A stretch of DNA of 64,000 nt from Blastocatellia bacterium (GCA_963765495.1 CAVXWP010000004.1:295876-359875), one strand, 5' to 3'. Numbered from the stretch's first letter, positions 51,699-61,819 are shown. Numbers and translations: made by a program. Notes: a model not told the origin generated them from the letters alone.

Positions 51699-52916
51699 AT
51701 GCCCTGGGCATTGCGGATGACTTTGTATCTGGCTCTTGCGGGCGCGGTGTTTGAATTTTACCTCGGTTTAAAAACTGCAATAGCCATCGAAGCGATCAGT
51801 CCGTGGCCGAAAAGGCGCATCCGATTGATCGTCTTTGCGATAATCGGATGGTTTGAAATTTATCCTCTCCTGATAATCGGCAGCACTTTTTTGAACATTG
51901 GCGGCATGATGGCTGCGCTTCAGGGATCGAGCACATTTATTGACGGATTGGTTGTTTATCCTTTCTGGCTGGGATTGATACTCGCCGTTCAGTTGTCTCT
52001 ATTTTTTCTGCCGATAGACGCCGCAAAGCTCCTGCTGTACCCCCTCTATAAAAAACACCGGCCGCGCTGGCGCAAGACGGAAAGCCGGGTTGTGATTGCG
52101 CTCGTCATTATCGGTGTGATTTACGTAGTAGCGCGCGTCTACAACGATACATTTACAGTTCGAACGAGAGAGACCGAGCTTGAGGTCGCGGGTTTGCCCG
52201 ATGAGCTTGATGGATTTTGCATAGCGCAGATAGCAGACCTCCAAGCCGATGAAAGAACCGGCGACAGAAAGCTCCGAGCCTATATCGAAACGGTCAATAA
52301 TTTGCGGCCCGATCTGATCCTGTTCTGCGGCGATCTGGTCACAAATGGAGCCGATTACATTGAGACAGGAGCGCAGGCTTTAGGCAAAATGGAAGCTCCT
52401 CACGGCATTTATGCCTGTCTCGGAGACCATGATTTCTTCTCGAACAACATCGAGATGGTCGTAGGCAATCTTGAAAAGAACGGCGTCACGGTCCTCGACA
52501 ACAAAGCCACGCTGGTTCCCGTAGGCGCTCGGTTTCTCTCACTCACAGGCATCACAAACACCTATCGAACCCGCGCATCATCAAACACGCTCCGCCTGAT
52601 TGAAGAGCAGAGACCACCGGGGCCTGTCAACATACTGCTCACGCATCAGCCCTCGATAGGGCTTGTCAATTACGCGAAAGAGAAAGGCTATGATCTATTT
52701 GTAGCCGGACACACTCATGGCGGGCAGATAGTCTTTCCGCTGCCGGGATTTCTGCTCACGGGATCGTCGTTTGAGACCGATTATGTGACAGGTTTTTACG
52801 AAGTCGGAAATATGCTTGTGAGCATAGACAACGGCCTTGGGCTAACGCTTGCGGCGGTGCGTTATCACGCGCCCGCCGAGGTGACGCTGATCAGATTGAG
52901 GGCCGTGAAACAATAG
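51699..52916 (+). CDS. Membrane-anchored metallophosphoesterase
   Basis: N-terminal TMs; ADLQ, GDLV, GDHD, THQP, GHTHGGQ. Confidence 0.88.
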   Translation: MPWALRMTLYLALAGAVFEFYLGLKTAIAIEAISPWPKRRIRLIVFAIIGWFEIYPLLIIGSTFLNIGGMMAALQGSSTFIDGLVVYPFWLGLILAVQLSLFFLPIDAAKLLLYPLYKKHRPRWRKTESRVVIALVIIGVIYVVARVYNDTFTVRTRETELEVAGLPDELDGFCIAQIADLQADERTGDRKLRAYIETVNNLRPDLILFCGDLVTNGADYIETGAQALGKMEAPHGIYACLGDHDFFSNNIEMVVGNLEKNGVTVLDNKATLVPVGARFLSLTGITNTYRTRASSNTLRLIEEQRPPGPVNILLTHQPSIGLVNYAKEKGYDLFVAGHTHGGQIVFPLPGFLLTGSSFETDYVTGFYEVGNMLVSIDNGLGLTLAAVRYHAPAEVTLIRLRAVKQ

Positions 52917-52998
52917 ACATAAAAGAGGTTTTCAGTTTTAAGTTGAGGTAGATCATAAAGAGTCGGAGTGCCGACTTTTGAAGGATAGGTTTAAGTAA

Positions 52999-53073
52999 TG
53001 GAGCGGGTGACGGGGATCGAACCCGCAACTTTCAGCTTGGGAAGCTGACACTCTACCATTGAGTTACACCCGC
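52999..53073 (-). tRNA. tRNA-Gly (anticodon CCC)
   Basis: Reverse complement GCGGGTG...TCAGC-TTCCCAA-GCTGA...GGTTCGATCCC...CACCCGC-TCCA folds as a cloverleaf with encoded CCA. Confidence 0.97.
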
Positions 53074-53100
53074 TTTGTTTTCAAGCCTTCTGAACGAAAA

Positions 53101-53203
53101 GGATATTAGATCCTGTGCAAGTCAAATTGTCAACGACCTCTGTTTGTCTAATGTAAGGCTCCAACCGACAAGGATATTAAGCCCTGTGTCCTCGAATTGT
53201 CAA
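53101..53203 (-). promoter_or_regulatory. Tandem duplicated promoter-like modules upstream of tRNA-Gly
   Basis: Two similar blocks TTGACAATT..G....CACAGG...TAATATCC at about 53101-53133 and 53172-53203. Confidence 0.55.
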
Positions 53204-53353
53204 ATTCACTCTTATAGCTGGATGTAACAAGGTACCTCGACATTAAAAAAGCTGGAAAACTCGCACATAGTCTTTACCTGCGGAATTAGCCTGACGCCGC
53301 CAATATGGACGATGTTGCAGCCCTGTTTGGGGCTTGTTGCGACGCACGTAAGA

Positions 53354-53576
53354 CTCGACTTTAGACAAAATGGAGATTGCCAGATGGCTGTAAGTCCAAT
53401 GGCTTCAATACCGAGCTTTTTCTTAAGCAGTCATATAGGAATTAAATGCTAGTCGTGCTGCGCTCGATCAGGCAACTACTAGCATTTAATTCCCGGCAAC
53501 TTGTCCACTATGCGACCGGATGTTGATTTTATTGAGTTTACGAGCATCTGCCTCCTTGAATTTGTCTAAAGTCGAG
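53354..53576. mobile_element. 223-bp MITE
   Basis: Perfect 16-bp TIR CTCGACTTTAGACAAA with imperfect extension; 6-bp duplication GTAAGA (53348-53353, 53577-53582); internal 16-bp-arm hairpin 53438-53493. Confidence 0.88.
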
Positions 53577-53600
53577 GTAAGAATTACTGGAAGAAAAAGA

Positions 53601-55217
53601 CAGGAATTCTTGGTGAGAGTGGCAATGAAGAGACCTCTCAAGGTTGCAAGAGGAGATATTGACCACTTGGATACAACTTCTCCTTTCCACCATCTTGCTT
53701 TCCCTTCTTCTCCTTCTGTCTTTCTTTGCCTCCCCTTCTTCTCATTTCTATCTTCTCTTTTTTGTTTTCCTGACCGCTTCTCTTTGACCCCGGCCTGAGC
53801 CTTTCCTGCCTATGGATCGCCTTCTTCTTCTCCTATATACATCATAAGCATTTCTTTCCAACTCTCAACAAGGAACGTCTTCATGATGGTCCTCAACCCA
53901 TTCCACAACTCTTTCAGCGTTTCCATCGCTCGACATCTCTGATACAAATGGTCTCCCTTCTCTATTATCTTATGCACTACATATGCCAGCAGGTTCAACA
54001 GGTAAAAGACCATAGAAAGATTCTCCTTCCCATGCCCAAAGTTATGCTCCAATTCATAGCCGTGATTCTTCTGCACATTGAAGTGCTCATTTTCTATCTT
54101 CCATCTCGAGCGTCCTATTTCAACTATCACCGGCAAGTTCTCTCTCTCTACTTCCAAGTCTGTCACCCAGGAGTTGTGGTAGAGCAACTTGCCTTGTTTG
54201 TCTCTCTCCCACACTTCTACGAACGTTACCATTACCTTGCGTGCTGATGACAAGGGCACGCTTCGCACAATTCTATATTCAAAATATCTCCGCTTGCAGG
54301 CTGGCCCTTCTTCCCACTGCCCTCGCTCACATTCCGGCAAGCAACTCAACTCTTCTACCCATTCGAAGAGTTCTTTGTGAGAATCAGGTTTTGCCACCAA
54401 CACGTAATGGATTCGCTTGCTTTGAAGTAGTTCTACAAAAGGCTCGTGTGAATAAAGATCGTCGCCTCCCACGATCATCTCCATTTGCGGGTGCTCTCGA
54501 CGCAGCCGCTCTATTAGTCGCTTGCCGGCATTCAACTCGCAGTCTTGTTTTTGCTGCCCGTCAGTGTTGCGAACCTCTTCTACATCAAGCGGAAGAACTC
54601 TGTGTGAGGAGGCCCGTACCAAAGTAGCTGCCACGACACAGTGTGAATAGTGGGTCTGCCCACTCTTGTCAGTCTTTGTCAAACACGACGGGCATTCTAT
54701 GTTTGTAGAATGAAAATATTCAGTTCCATCAAGCATCACCGTGTAGTAGTCGCCCTGGTTTTGGCCAGTAGGGATGAAGGTCTTAAAATCGATTGCCCAG
54801 CCCGCTCGCCTGACATCCTCAAACAGCCTTGGCAAGAGCCGACGCAAATCTTCTGTGGGAGTGGAGTCTAAAACCTCTCTCATCTGGGAGTCAGAAGGAA
54901 TATCTTTAACACAGAAGATAGTCTCAAGATTAGACCGCCCGCGTCTTTGTTTCATCCTGCGCTGAAACTCAAGCAAGCTCTTATGCTGGAAAAACATCAT
55001 AGCAAAGCCGCTCATCAGACAGTCGCGAAGCGGGTAGTTGACTTTACCGGCATCTCGGTTATCAGGTAAGGCAGAGAAGGCCAAAGAGAACCGGGAAATA
55101 ACAGCATCCAAAGTAAGACTCTTTAGAGGTCGCATAAGCCAAAGGATAGCAAAGCGCAAAAACTCAATCCACCCCTTGGCTTGTTTTCTTCATTTACAGC
55201 CTCACCGGGAATCGCTG
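53601..55217 (-). mobile_element. ISNCY-like insertion sequence (1617 bp)
   Basis: TIRs CAGGAATTCTTGGTGAG / CAGCGATTCCCGGTGAG (13/17); 9-bp duplication AGAAAAAGA (53592-53600, 55218-55226). Confidence 0.88.
53810..55135 (-). CDS. DDE transposase, ISNCY-like
   Basis: LDGTEYFHS, KQDCE.NA.KR, GDDLY, GRSRWKIENE.FN.QKNHGY.LEHNFGHG. Confidence 0.9.
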   Translation of the reverse strand: MRPLKSLTLDAVISRFSLAFSALPDNRDAGKVNYPLRDCLMSGFAMMFFQHKSLLEFQRRMKQRRGRSNLETIFCVKDIPSDSQMREVLDSTPTEDLRRLLPRLFEDVRRAGWAIDFKTFIPTGQNQGDYYTVMLDGTEYFHSTNIECPSCLTKTDKSGQTHYSHCVVAATLVRASSHRVLPLDVEEVRNTDGQQKQDCELNAGKRLIERLRREHPQMEMIVGGDDLYSHEPFVELLQSKRIHYVLVAKPDSHKELFEWVEELSCLPECERGQWEEGPACKRRYFEYRIVRSVPLSSARKVMVTFVEVWERDKQGKLLYHNSWVTDLEVERENLPVIVEIGRSRWKIENEHFNVQKNHGYELEHNFGHGKENLSMVFYLLNLLAYVVHKIIEKGDHLYQRCRAMETLKELWNGLRTIMKTFLVESWKEMLMMYIGEEEGDP

Positions 55218-55228
55218 AGAAAAAGAAG

Positions 55229-56520
55229 TCAGGCTTGACAGAAAGCTAATTCGTAAGGACCTGTCCTTGCCCTCGCATACTTGTTTATGAATCCTGTCCT
55301 TTGCAATAGGATTGGATTGGCTCCTTCTCTACTCCAATGCATTATCCCTTCCTTCATCCTTCGATTTACTATTAGGTCATTTCCTTTCTCTTGAAGCCCA
55401 CTGCTTCTCGTCCCTCCTTCCTCCTTTACTTGCTCATAATTGACTATCCTCTCTTCATTTCGTTTCAGGTATCTGATTAACTTCTTTGCTGCCTCCTTCT
55501 TCGTTTCACTCTTCGGCATATGCTTTTGCAGGTACTTTAGCGCTTGCCCTGTTTCTCCTTCCTCTAGCCATTGTTGTAACTTCTCCTGCCTCTGTTTCTT
55601 ATCTCCTCTCCCAGAGTATGCCTCCCGACTTCGCTCGCCTACCTTGCACTTTGCGTGATAGAGATCGAGTCGTTTTTTCGCACAGGGGAATACCATATCG
55701 CACAAACTCCATATCCCTTCTGCTGAATCAGCGACAAACTCCACCTCTGATGTCGGGCCTATCCCACGGCGCAAGGCTTCCTCAGTTACCGGAGCTTGAA
55801 AATCCACCCACCGCTCGCACGCATTGGCCACAAAGCTTGCATCCATTACCTCTCGACGATCTTTGCTCACTTCTACAACGGAGGAGAAAAACTCGCCCAC
55901 TTTCATCTCAAGCCATTGCTCCTTTTTGCGTCCGTGTATTACAACGCCATCCATTGTCACTAGGCCTGGAGGCTATCCATTGGGGCAGGGTCAAGTTCGT
56001 CAGGCAACAGCCGCTCATCTGTCGTAGCAAGTTCTACGGTCTTTGCCGAAACTTCTACGCCGAACAAAAAATCGAGGAAGGCAGAAGCCACGCCGTAAGG
56101 CCAGCTTGCTCCACACATCACAACAATCAAAGCTAAGCGGGGCAGCATCTGCCGAGATAGCAACTCAAGCTCCTGGTCAGCGACCATGGTGTAGGAGTCA
56201 CACTGCTGACAATGGTATTGATTGCGAGTAAGGGTAATCTTTGAGGCAAAGATCGTCTTTGGATGAATCGAGCAGTCACGTTTGTGGAGTTTAAGAAGCG
56301 AACCACAGCTTTTGCAGAGAATTTGACCACTCTCTACAAGTTGCTGAATCTGGTTGATTCTGGAAGGAAATAAGAAATCCTGCATCAGGGAGTTGGCGAT
56401 AGAAGCCAGAAGTTGCTGAACAAGTTGTTCCATCTGGTGGGCAGATTTGTCACTAAAGCTAGAGGCAGGCATAGCGTCAAAGATGAGATTGGCGATAGAA
56501 TGAACTGTGTCAGGCTCCAT
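55229..56520 (-). pseudogene. Transposase of the outer IS, frameshifted near 55970
   Basis: ORFs 55960-56520 (CxxC motifs) and 55229-55960 (MDG, FVAD.A..IW, LDLYHA, SSG..E, RMK...HWS..GA) join by one frameshift. Confidence 0.8.
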
Positions 56521-56596
56521 AAGTCTTCTCCTTCAAAAGGTTTATAGTGTCTTGAGCAGACTTATGGAGTTTATCTCATTTCTCTATCAGTAAAAG

Positions 56597-58040
56597 GGGT
56601 GTAATTAAAAGTGGGACTCGAAATCAGGCTGCGGCTTGACGCAGATTGTCCCAGTATGATTGCCACTGCCGATTCGCTCTCACCGATCTCAAGGCCAGCA
56701 TCTTCTCGGCATTCTCTATTTTCCACCACGCCCCACTCAGCTTTAACCTCGCCTGTATTACACTGCGATGTCCGCTCTCGACCTCTCCTGATCCTATTGG
56801 CAATCCCGCCTTCAATGCTGATTCATAGTCGAGATACTCCTGCCTATTCGATAGATATCTCTCACACCCCTTTATCGCCTCTCGCTTCTGCTCCTCTGCC
56901 TCCCTCTTCAAGCAACTCCTTAGCTCCAAAAGCACCTCTGTGACCTTACTCTGTTTCAACAGTTGCTGCTGCTTGCTGAGCCACTCCTGTTTGTCTCTTC
57001 CTGTTATAGTTTCACTAGCCGATGCCAGATACTGTGATACGTGATAAAAATCTATAAGGTATCTTCCTCGCTCACCAAACTTCTCCTCTATCTGCTCAAC
57101 TATCCACCAAGCCCCATCTCCAAGTCCGTGCACTAGACTCTTTTTCCCGGCCCCTGCCTGGATTGCCAGGTCCAGCAGTTGTGCTCCTGCCTGTGTAGCC
57201 TCCGCCATAGTCGCATTATATAGCTTGCTCACCTCCCAGGGTTTTCTCACCAACGACAGGCGAGCTTGTTTCCATTCCACACTTCTAAGTTTGCGCTTAT
57301 CTGCCTTAGAATCAGCAGTTTCGCCTTGAGGGAAGGTGACTATCGGAACCATTGTGCCATCCATTTCGGCTATGAGTTGTGATATGCCGCCTTGAGCTAA
57401 ATCCGTGTCCAACTCACGCTCAACCATAGCTTGTGCATGACGTTGGGTGATAGTTCGTATAGCAGATGTAGGAATGGTGATTCCATAGTGCTCTGTTAGT
57501 TTCTCAACTGCCGAATCGAATGATTCGTCCGCGCCGAAATCAACCATTGCACGTTGGAGTCCTAGTGAATAGCCTCGACAAGAGACTGCTGCTGAGAGGG
57601 AGAAAGGGCGCAGTTGTGAGCCGTCTTGCTTGCGGCGATAAAGTTGTTCTTCTACTCGGATTGTTCCGAAGCGTGTATACCAGTAGATACTTTTTTTTGC
57701 TTGCGAGATAAGTCAAAGCGAGCGTCAGACTCTGATTCAAGTTTGACTTGCTTGCGATTGGCCCAGGCTTGCAGCGCCTCTTGACCCATCTGACGGAGTT
57801 GTTCAACAAATCGTTGTTCAGCATCGTCAGCTTTAACTACATCACCCGAAGAGTTTTCGACGACATCCAGCAAGGCTTTGATACGAGCCTTGAGTTGAGG
57901 ATGCTTATCAAGTTGGTTGACCATATCTATTGAAGAAATGTCTTCAAATCCATGAGAATCAAGCATAGGCGATCACCTCAAATTCTGAATTTGGCTTAGT
58001 GAGGATTTATTATGCCTGAGTCCCACTTTTAATTACACCC
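56597..58040 (-). mobile_element. ISKra4-family insertion sequence (1444 bp)
   Basis: Perfect TIR GGGTGTAATTAAAAGTGGGACTC; duplication CAGTAAAAG (56588-56596, 58041-58049; boundary ambiguous by 1 bp). Confidence 0.93.
56624..57966 (-). CDS. ISKra4-family transposase, probable programmed -1 frameshift at A8G (57691-57698)
   Basis: orfA ...KQKK shifts -1 into SIYWYTRFG.I.V.E...LQRAMVDFGAD; EMDG, LGDGA.WI, IDFYH, PIGSGEVESGH. Confidence 0.9.
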
Positions 58041-58067
58041 CAGTAAAAGTTACGTGCTTCGGGCTTG

Positions 58068-58096
58068 TTGACATAAATGTCGGAGATGTGGATAAT
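58068..58096 (+). promoter_or_regulatory. Near-consensus sigma70 promoter of the tubulin-like operon
   Basis: TTGACA-N17-GATAAT; the -35 box overlaps the IS target duplication. Confidence 0.65.
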
Positions 58097-58218
58097 GTGA
58101 TGGTCGTTTCTTATTGGCCTGTTCACATTCTATTTTGTTCTTGGTTTTTCTCAGAGTTTCAAGACGATAGCACTAATCGCCGTTGTGTTTATTACTCAAA
58201 AATGGATCGAGGTACTTA

Positions 58219-59628
58219 GTGATACGTTGTCGGATTAATATCTATTACTGCAATGCTCTAACTTTCCTGAAAAAGCAAGGCTTTAGGCTCATTTGCCTGA
58301 TATGTATTTCATTATTGATGATTTCACAACAGGGATGTCGAAACGAATACAGTAAAGTGGCAGACCTATCTCGCAACCTTGCGGATGGACTTACTGATGT
58401 GCCACCGTCACAAGTTCAGGAATCACCCTCTGTAGAACAGAAGGTTTTCATAGATCACTCAGAATCCATTAAGGGCTTCGTTAGTCTCCCGACTGCAAAT
58501 GACAAGAATACATTTATCCGATTTATTGAATCTATGCCTGATGTTCTACCTGGATGTAAAGTTTATAAATATGGACAGCCCTCTGGACTTAGAGGAAAAT
58601 CAATAACGATTTCAGAGATTATTTCCGCAGTCGAGTTCGACAACCAGCTACGTAATCCCGATTCCTATCGCCTTGAGTACAACCCTGATGACGTACTCTT
58701 GGGCAGTATTGCCTCTGATCAAAAGCCTTCGTTTTCGGTCCTGGTAACTGATGGAGTAGAGTCTGACTCCCAGGGCAAGGTGAATACCAAGGTAGTTGAT
58801 GCCATACGTTCATGGCTGAATCAGGGAAAGCTCTTTGCAATATTGAAGCTAACAAGCAATTTCTCAGGACGGTTTTATTCTGAGCGTTTAAGACGCATGA
58901 TTGGTAAAGTCGATGCTGCGTCACGCCCTTTTTATGCCTTTGTCTTCAGCCCTAACAAAATTGAATTAAATGATTTTATAGAGAAACTGAGACGACAGTT
59001 CCCGGATATGAGGGTTCTGATTTTTTCAGATGACGCCATGAGTTCTTCAATAGAATTACCCTCTGCAATTGACGCAAATTATGCGATTGAGCAACCTCCG
59101 GATAAACCCTACTACTGGCAACTGATAACAACAAAGAATCTCCAATCAGATATGGAAGATTTCTTTATCTATAAGTTTAAATACAAGATCGATCCCACCT
59201 ATCCTGTCAAGACACTGGGATTGCGCCTCAATACAAAAGTGTACAGGTATGACAATTCGAATAAGCAATTTGATAATGCCGGTACTCCCTTTGGCTCTGA
59301 TCTCAAAATAGAAACGGCGGATAGCAGTGAGGGGCAACAGTCTGCAGAGGCAGAAGGCACACAAACATTTTTGATAAGGCCCAGGAAGGCATTCGAAGAA
59401 GACAGACAAGGAAGCTACAACTTTTATGCTATAGAGCAAACGGCTTATGTTAAGGAATTAACGGATGAGGTCGCTAACTGGTCTACGCGCGACGACACCA
59501 CATTGGACAGTGCAAACAAGACTTACAGATTTCAAGAACTGATCCTGACACTTTTAGATGTTCATCTCAAGGACCGGCTAATACAAAGGATCTCGCCGAG
59601 AGTGTTTCTCACAATCGCAAATGAGTAG
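58219..59628 (+). CDS. Exported or lipid-anchored protein with a divergent vWA (MIDAS-like) domain
   Basis: GTG 58219 after GAGG (ORF track start 58183); hydrophobic stretch ending QQGC; VFIDHSES (DxSxS) and VLVTDG. Confidence 0.6.
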   Translation: MIRCRINIYYCNALTFLKKQGFRLICLICISLLMISQQGCRNEYSKVADLSRNLADGLTDVPPSQVQESPSVEQKVFIDHSESIKGFVSLPTANDKNTFIRFIESMPDVLPGCKVYKYGQPSGLRGKSITISEIISAVEFDNQLRNPDSYRLEYNPDDVLLGSIASDQKPSFSVLVTDGVESDSQGKVNTKVVDAIRSWLNQGKLFAILKLTSNFSGRFYSERLRRMIGKVDAASRPFYAFVFSPNKIELNDFIEKLRRQFPDMRVLIFSDDAMSSSIELPSAIDANYAIEQPPDKPYYWQLITTKNLQSDMEDFFIYKFKYKIDPTYPVKTLGLRLNTKVYRYDNSNKQFDNAGTPFGSDLKIETADSSEGQQSAEAEGTQTFLIRPRKAFEEDRQGSYNFYAIEQTAYVKELTDEVANWSTRDDTTLDSANKTYRFQELILTLLDVHLKDRLIQRISPRVFLTIANE

Positions 59629-59666
59629 TGGCGTTGATTCATAAAATCTTGTCATCCGGAGGTACT

Positions 59667-60116
59667 ATGAAACAGATGAAAATCGTTTGGCGCGTATCAT
59701 TGATTATGATTGTGCTGATACTGCTGCATGGGCAATCAGCATTAGCGCAATCAAATAGAGTTCCTCCGATTCAAATTGATGAGTGGTTTGCAAATCGTGT
59801 TTGGTACATAGCCGCTGCCGGCGCAATATCTGGATTTTTGATAGCGAATTTTTGGCTACCGCTCTTTTCAGCAGTTCCGCACCAAGACGATAATACTATG
59901 GCGCGCAGACAGTTTTACATCGCCTTGACTGTGTCAATCATACTGGTGGCTGGCTACCTGCTCATTGATGCCTCATTCATCTACAGGTTTGGTCGCCAGA
60001 CATACACATTTTGGGAAGCGTTTCTTCAAGTATGGTTAACGTGGCAGACTTTTGTAATGCTTTTGATTGCAGCAATGGCACTGACATTGGTCGTGGCTTT
60101 GTGGACTGTTTCATGA
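59667..60116 (+). CDS. Small membrane protein (signal peptide + about 3 TM)
   Basis: RBS GGAGG before ATG 59667; ALA-Q cleavage site; hydrophobic segments; C-terminus may be frameshifted. Confidence 0.7.
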   Translation: MKQMKIVWRVSLIMIVLILLHGQSALAQSNRVPPIQIDEWFANRVWYIAAAGAISGFLIANFWLPLFSAVPHQDDNTMARRQFYIALTVSIILVAGYLLIDASFIYRFGRQTYTFWEAFLQVWLTWQTFVMLLIAAMALTLVVALWTVS

Positions 60117-60194
60117 GCAAGAAGCCTTACAGGTATATGCTGATAAGCAAGTAGTTACAACAGCAGCATTTCATTCGAAATACAGGAGAATCTC

Positions 60195-61766
60195 ATGCCC
60201 GTCAAAGACTATATAATTGCCATTGGTGGAACCGGCGCTCGCTGCTTGGAAGCCACGATATACCTGGCAGCAACAGGGTTATTTGAAAACGATCTTCACA
60301 TGTTGATGATCAATCCAGACCAAAATAACGGCAATACCGTACGCACAAGAAAGCTTCTTCCTCTTTATCATGCGCTTAGTCTTTTGGAACAACCTAAGGA
60401 GGCAAAACAACGCAGATACTTGAAGACTGTACCCTTACAGGAGCAAATATTATTTCGACCATTGCTAAACTCAAACGACCAGGACAAGTACACGCAATAT
60501 CCATTCTTTTGGCAAGACCCGAACAGTTCTGAGCGCAAGTTCAGCGAGGCCATCAATTATGCGAAATTATCTTCCGATATGAAGCATTTCGTGAGGCTCT
60601 TCTATGAAGAAGCCGACCTTGATATGCGGTTGGGTAAAGGCTATCGGGGTCGGCCGAATGTCGGTGCGGTTACACTAACCTCCGACCTCGAAAGGACAAA
60701 GGGCGCAAAGGGAAAGGGGCTTGCCGAATTCATAAATTCCTTGCGGGCTGATTTAAAGTCCAGCCAGGCACGGGTATTCGTCTTTGGATCTGTATTTGGC
60801 GGCACAGGAGCAGCCGGGTTGCCGACAATCCCAGATGTTTTGCAGGAGGCACTCGCAGAAGGCGGCAACACAAAGAATCTGCGGTTTGGGTGCGCAATGA
60901 TGACGCCCTACTTTACCTTTCCCAAAGCTACCAGCGCGAGCAGCGAAGGACCGACGCCCGACAGTGATTTGCATCAAGTCGCAACTCAGGCTGCCTTGCT
61001 TCACTATGCTCACGTCCCGCCCAATTATCAACACGTTTACGTAGTAGGCGCTCCCGAACTGCCCGAGACCAATGCCGATCACACAGCGGGGGGGGATAAA
61101 CAAGAAAACAATCCGCACTATGCCGAAATAATTGCCGTTTTGGGGGCTCGTGATTTCTTTTCAATCCCGACGTTTGAATCGCACGAACGCCGTCTTCATT
61201 ACGCTGATGGAGCCAGCTTCAGTTGGACTACGTTGCCGACAGTAAAATCCGAAGGGAATGATCAGGCAAAGATAAAACGTAGAATTTTAAACTTCACGAC
61301 ATTCGCTTATTTTTATCAGAACATACTTCACACTGATCTTAAAGGTGTGAACTGGTATCTGGGGCAGGCGTGGTACAAGGATAACTTTATTAAAAAGGGG
61401 TTGACTCTTAACAATGAAGGGCAAACTCTCGATAAGCTTGCGGAATTTTTGGAATCCTATTTGAAATGGCTTCATCTTATCGGTGATCCCATCTCAGGGG
61501 AAAAAGATGCTCCGATAAACTGGTCATCTCTATTGCTTAAAGACAGAGACGCCGAGCGCGAATTAGGCAAGCTATCGAGGCAGGAACAGGGGAACGAACC
61601 CAGATACGCTCAGAAGAGCTATGGCGAACTCATGGAACGCCTGACGAGACTTACACCAACCTACAACGGAAAAGTTGATCCGGTGGGCTTACTTATATAC
61701 CTGCTTTATGAGGCCGTAAGCGAGTTTTGCCGGGATAATTACTCGGTATCGAATCAGGTAAATTGA
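60195..61766 (+). CDS. Divergent tubulin/FtsZ-superfamily GTPase
   Basis: YIIAIGGTGARC (T1 loop), GYRGRPNVG, FVFGSVFGGTGAAG (tubulin signature variant), PYF; RBS AGGAG. Confidence 0.82.
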   Translation: MPVKDYIIAIGGTGARCLEATIYLAATGLFENDLHMLMINPDQNNGNTVRTRKLLPLYHALSLLEQPKEAKQRRYLKTVPLQEQILFRPLLNSNDQDKYTQYPFFWQDPNSSERKFSEAINYAKLSSDMKHFVRLFYEEADLDMRLGKGYRGRPNVGAVTLTSDLERTKGAKGKGLAEFINSLRADLKSSQARVFVFGSVFGGTGAAGLPTIPDVLQEALAEGGNTKNLRFGCAMMTPYFTFPKATSASSEGPTPDSDLHQVATQAALLHYAHVPPNYQHVYVVGAPELPETNADHTAGGDKQENNPHYAEIIAVLGARDFFSIPTFESHERRLHYADGASFSWTTLPTVKSEGNDQAKIKRRILNFTTFAYFYQNILHTDLKGVNWYLGQAWYKDNFIKKGLTLNNEGQTLDKLAEFLESYLKWLHLIGDPISGEKDAPINWSSLLLKDRDAERELGKLSRQEQGNEPRYAQKSYGELMERLTRLTPTYNGKVDPVGLLIYLLYEAVSEFCRDNYSVSNQVN

Positions 61767-61819
61767 GCCGGATACGAATGGCTTTTTCTGGATGAGCATA
61801 GCCTAAGGAGGCCAAAAGC

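Larger units (their letters stand above)
53340..58061 (-). mobile_element. Outer IS (ISKra4/UPF0236-like), 1414 bp once three nested insertions are removed
   Basis: 9-bp duplication GGCTTGTTG at 53331-53339 and 58062-58070; reconstructed TIRs CGACGCACGTAAGAATTACTG vs CGAAGCACGTAACTTTTACTG (17/21 identical). Confidence 0.85.

Noticed and set aside
53520-53798. 92-aa ORF with F/S-rich tail
   Set aside because: Crosses MITE and IS boundaries and reflects a pyrimidine-rich IS end; not a plausible gene.
60195-61766. Calling the gene ftsZ
   Set aside because: Lacks the canonical GGGTGTG and NxDxxD motifs and dcw context; it belongs to a divergent tubulin-like family.
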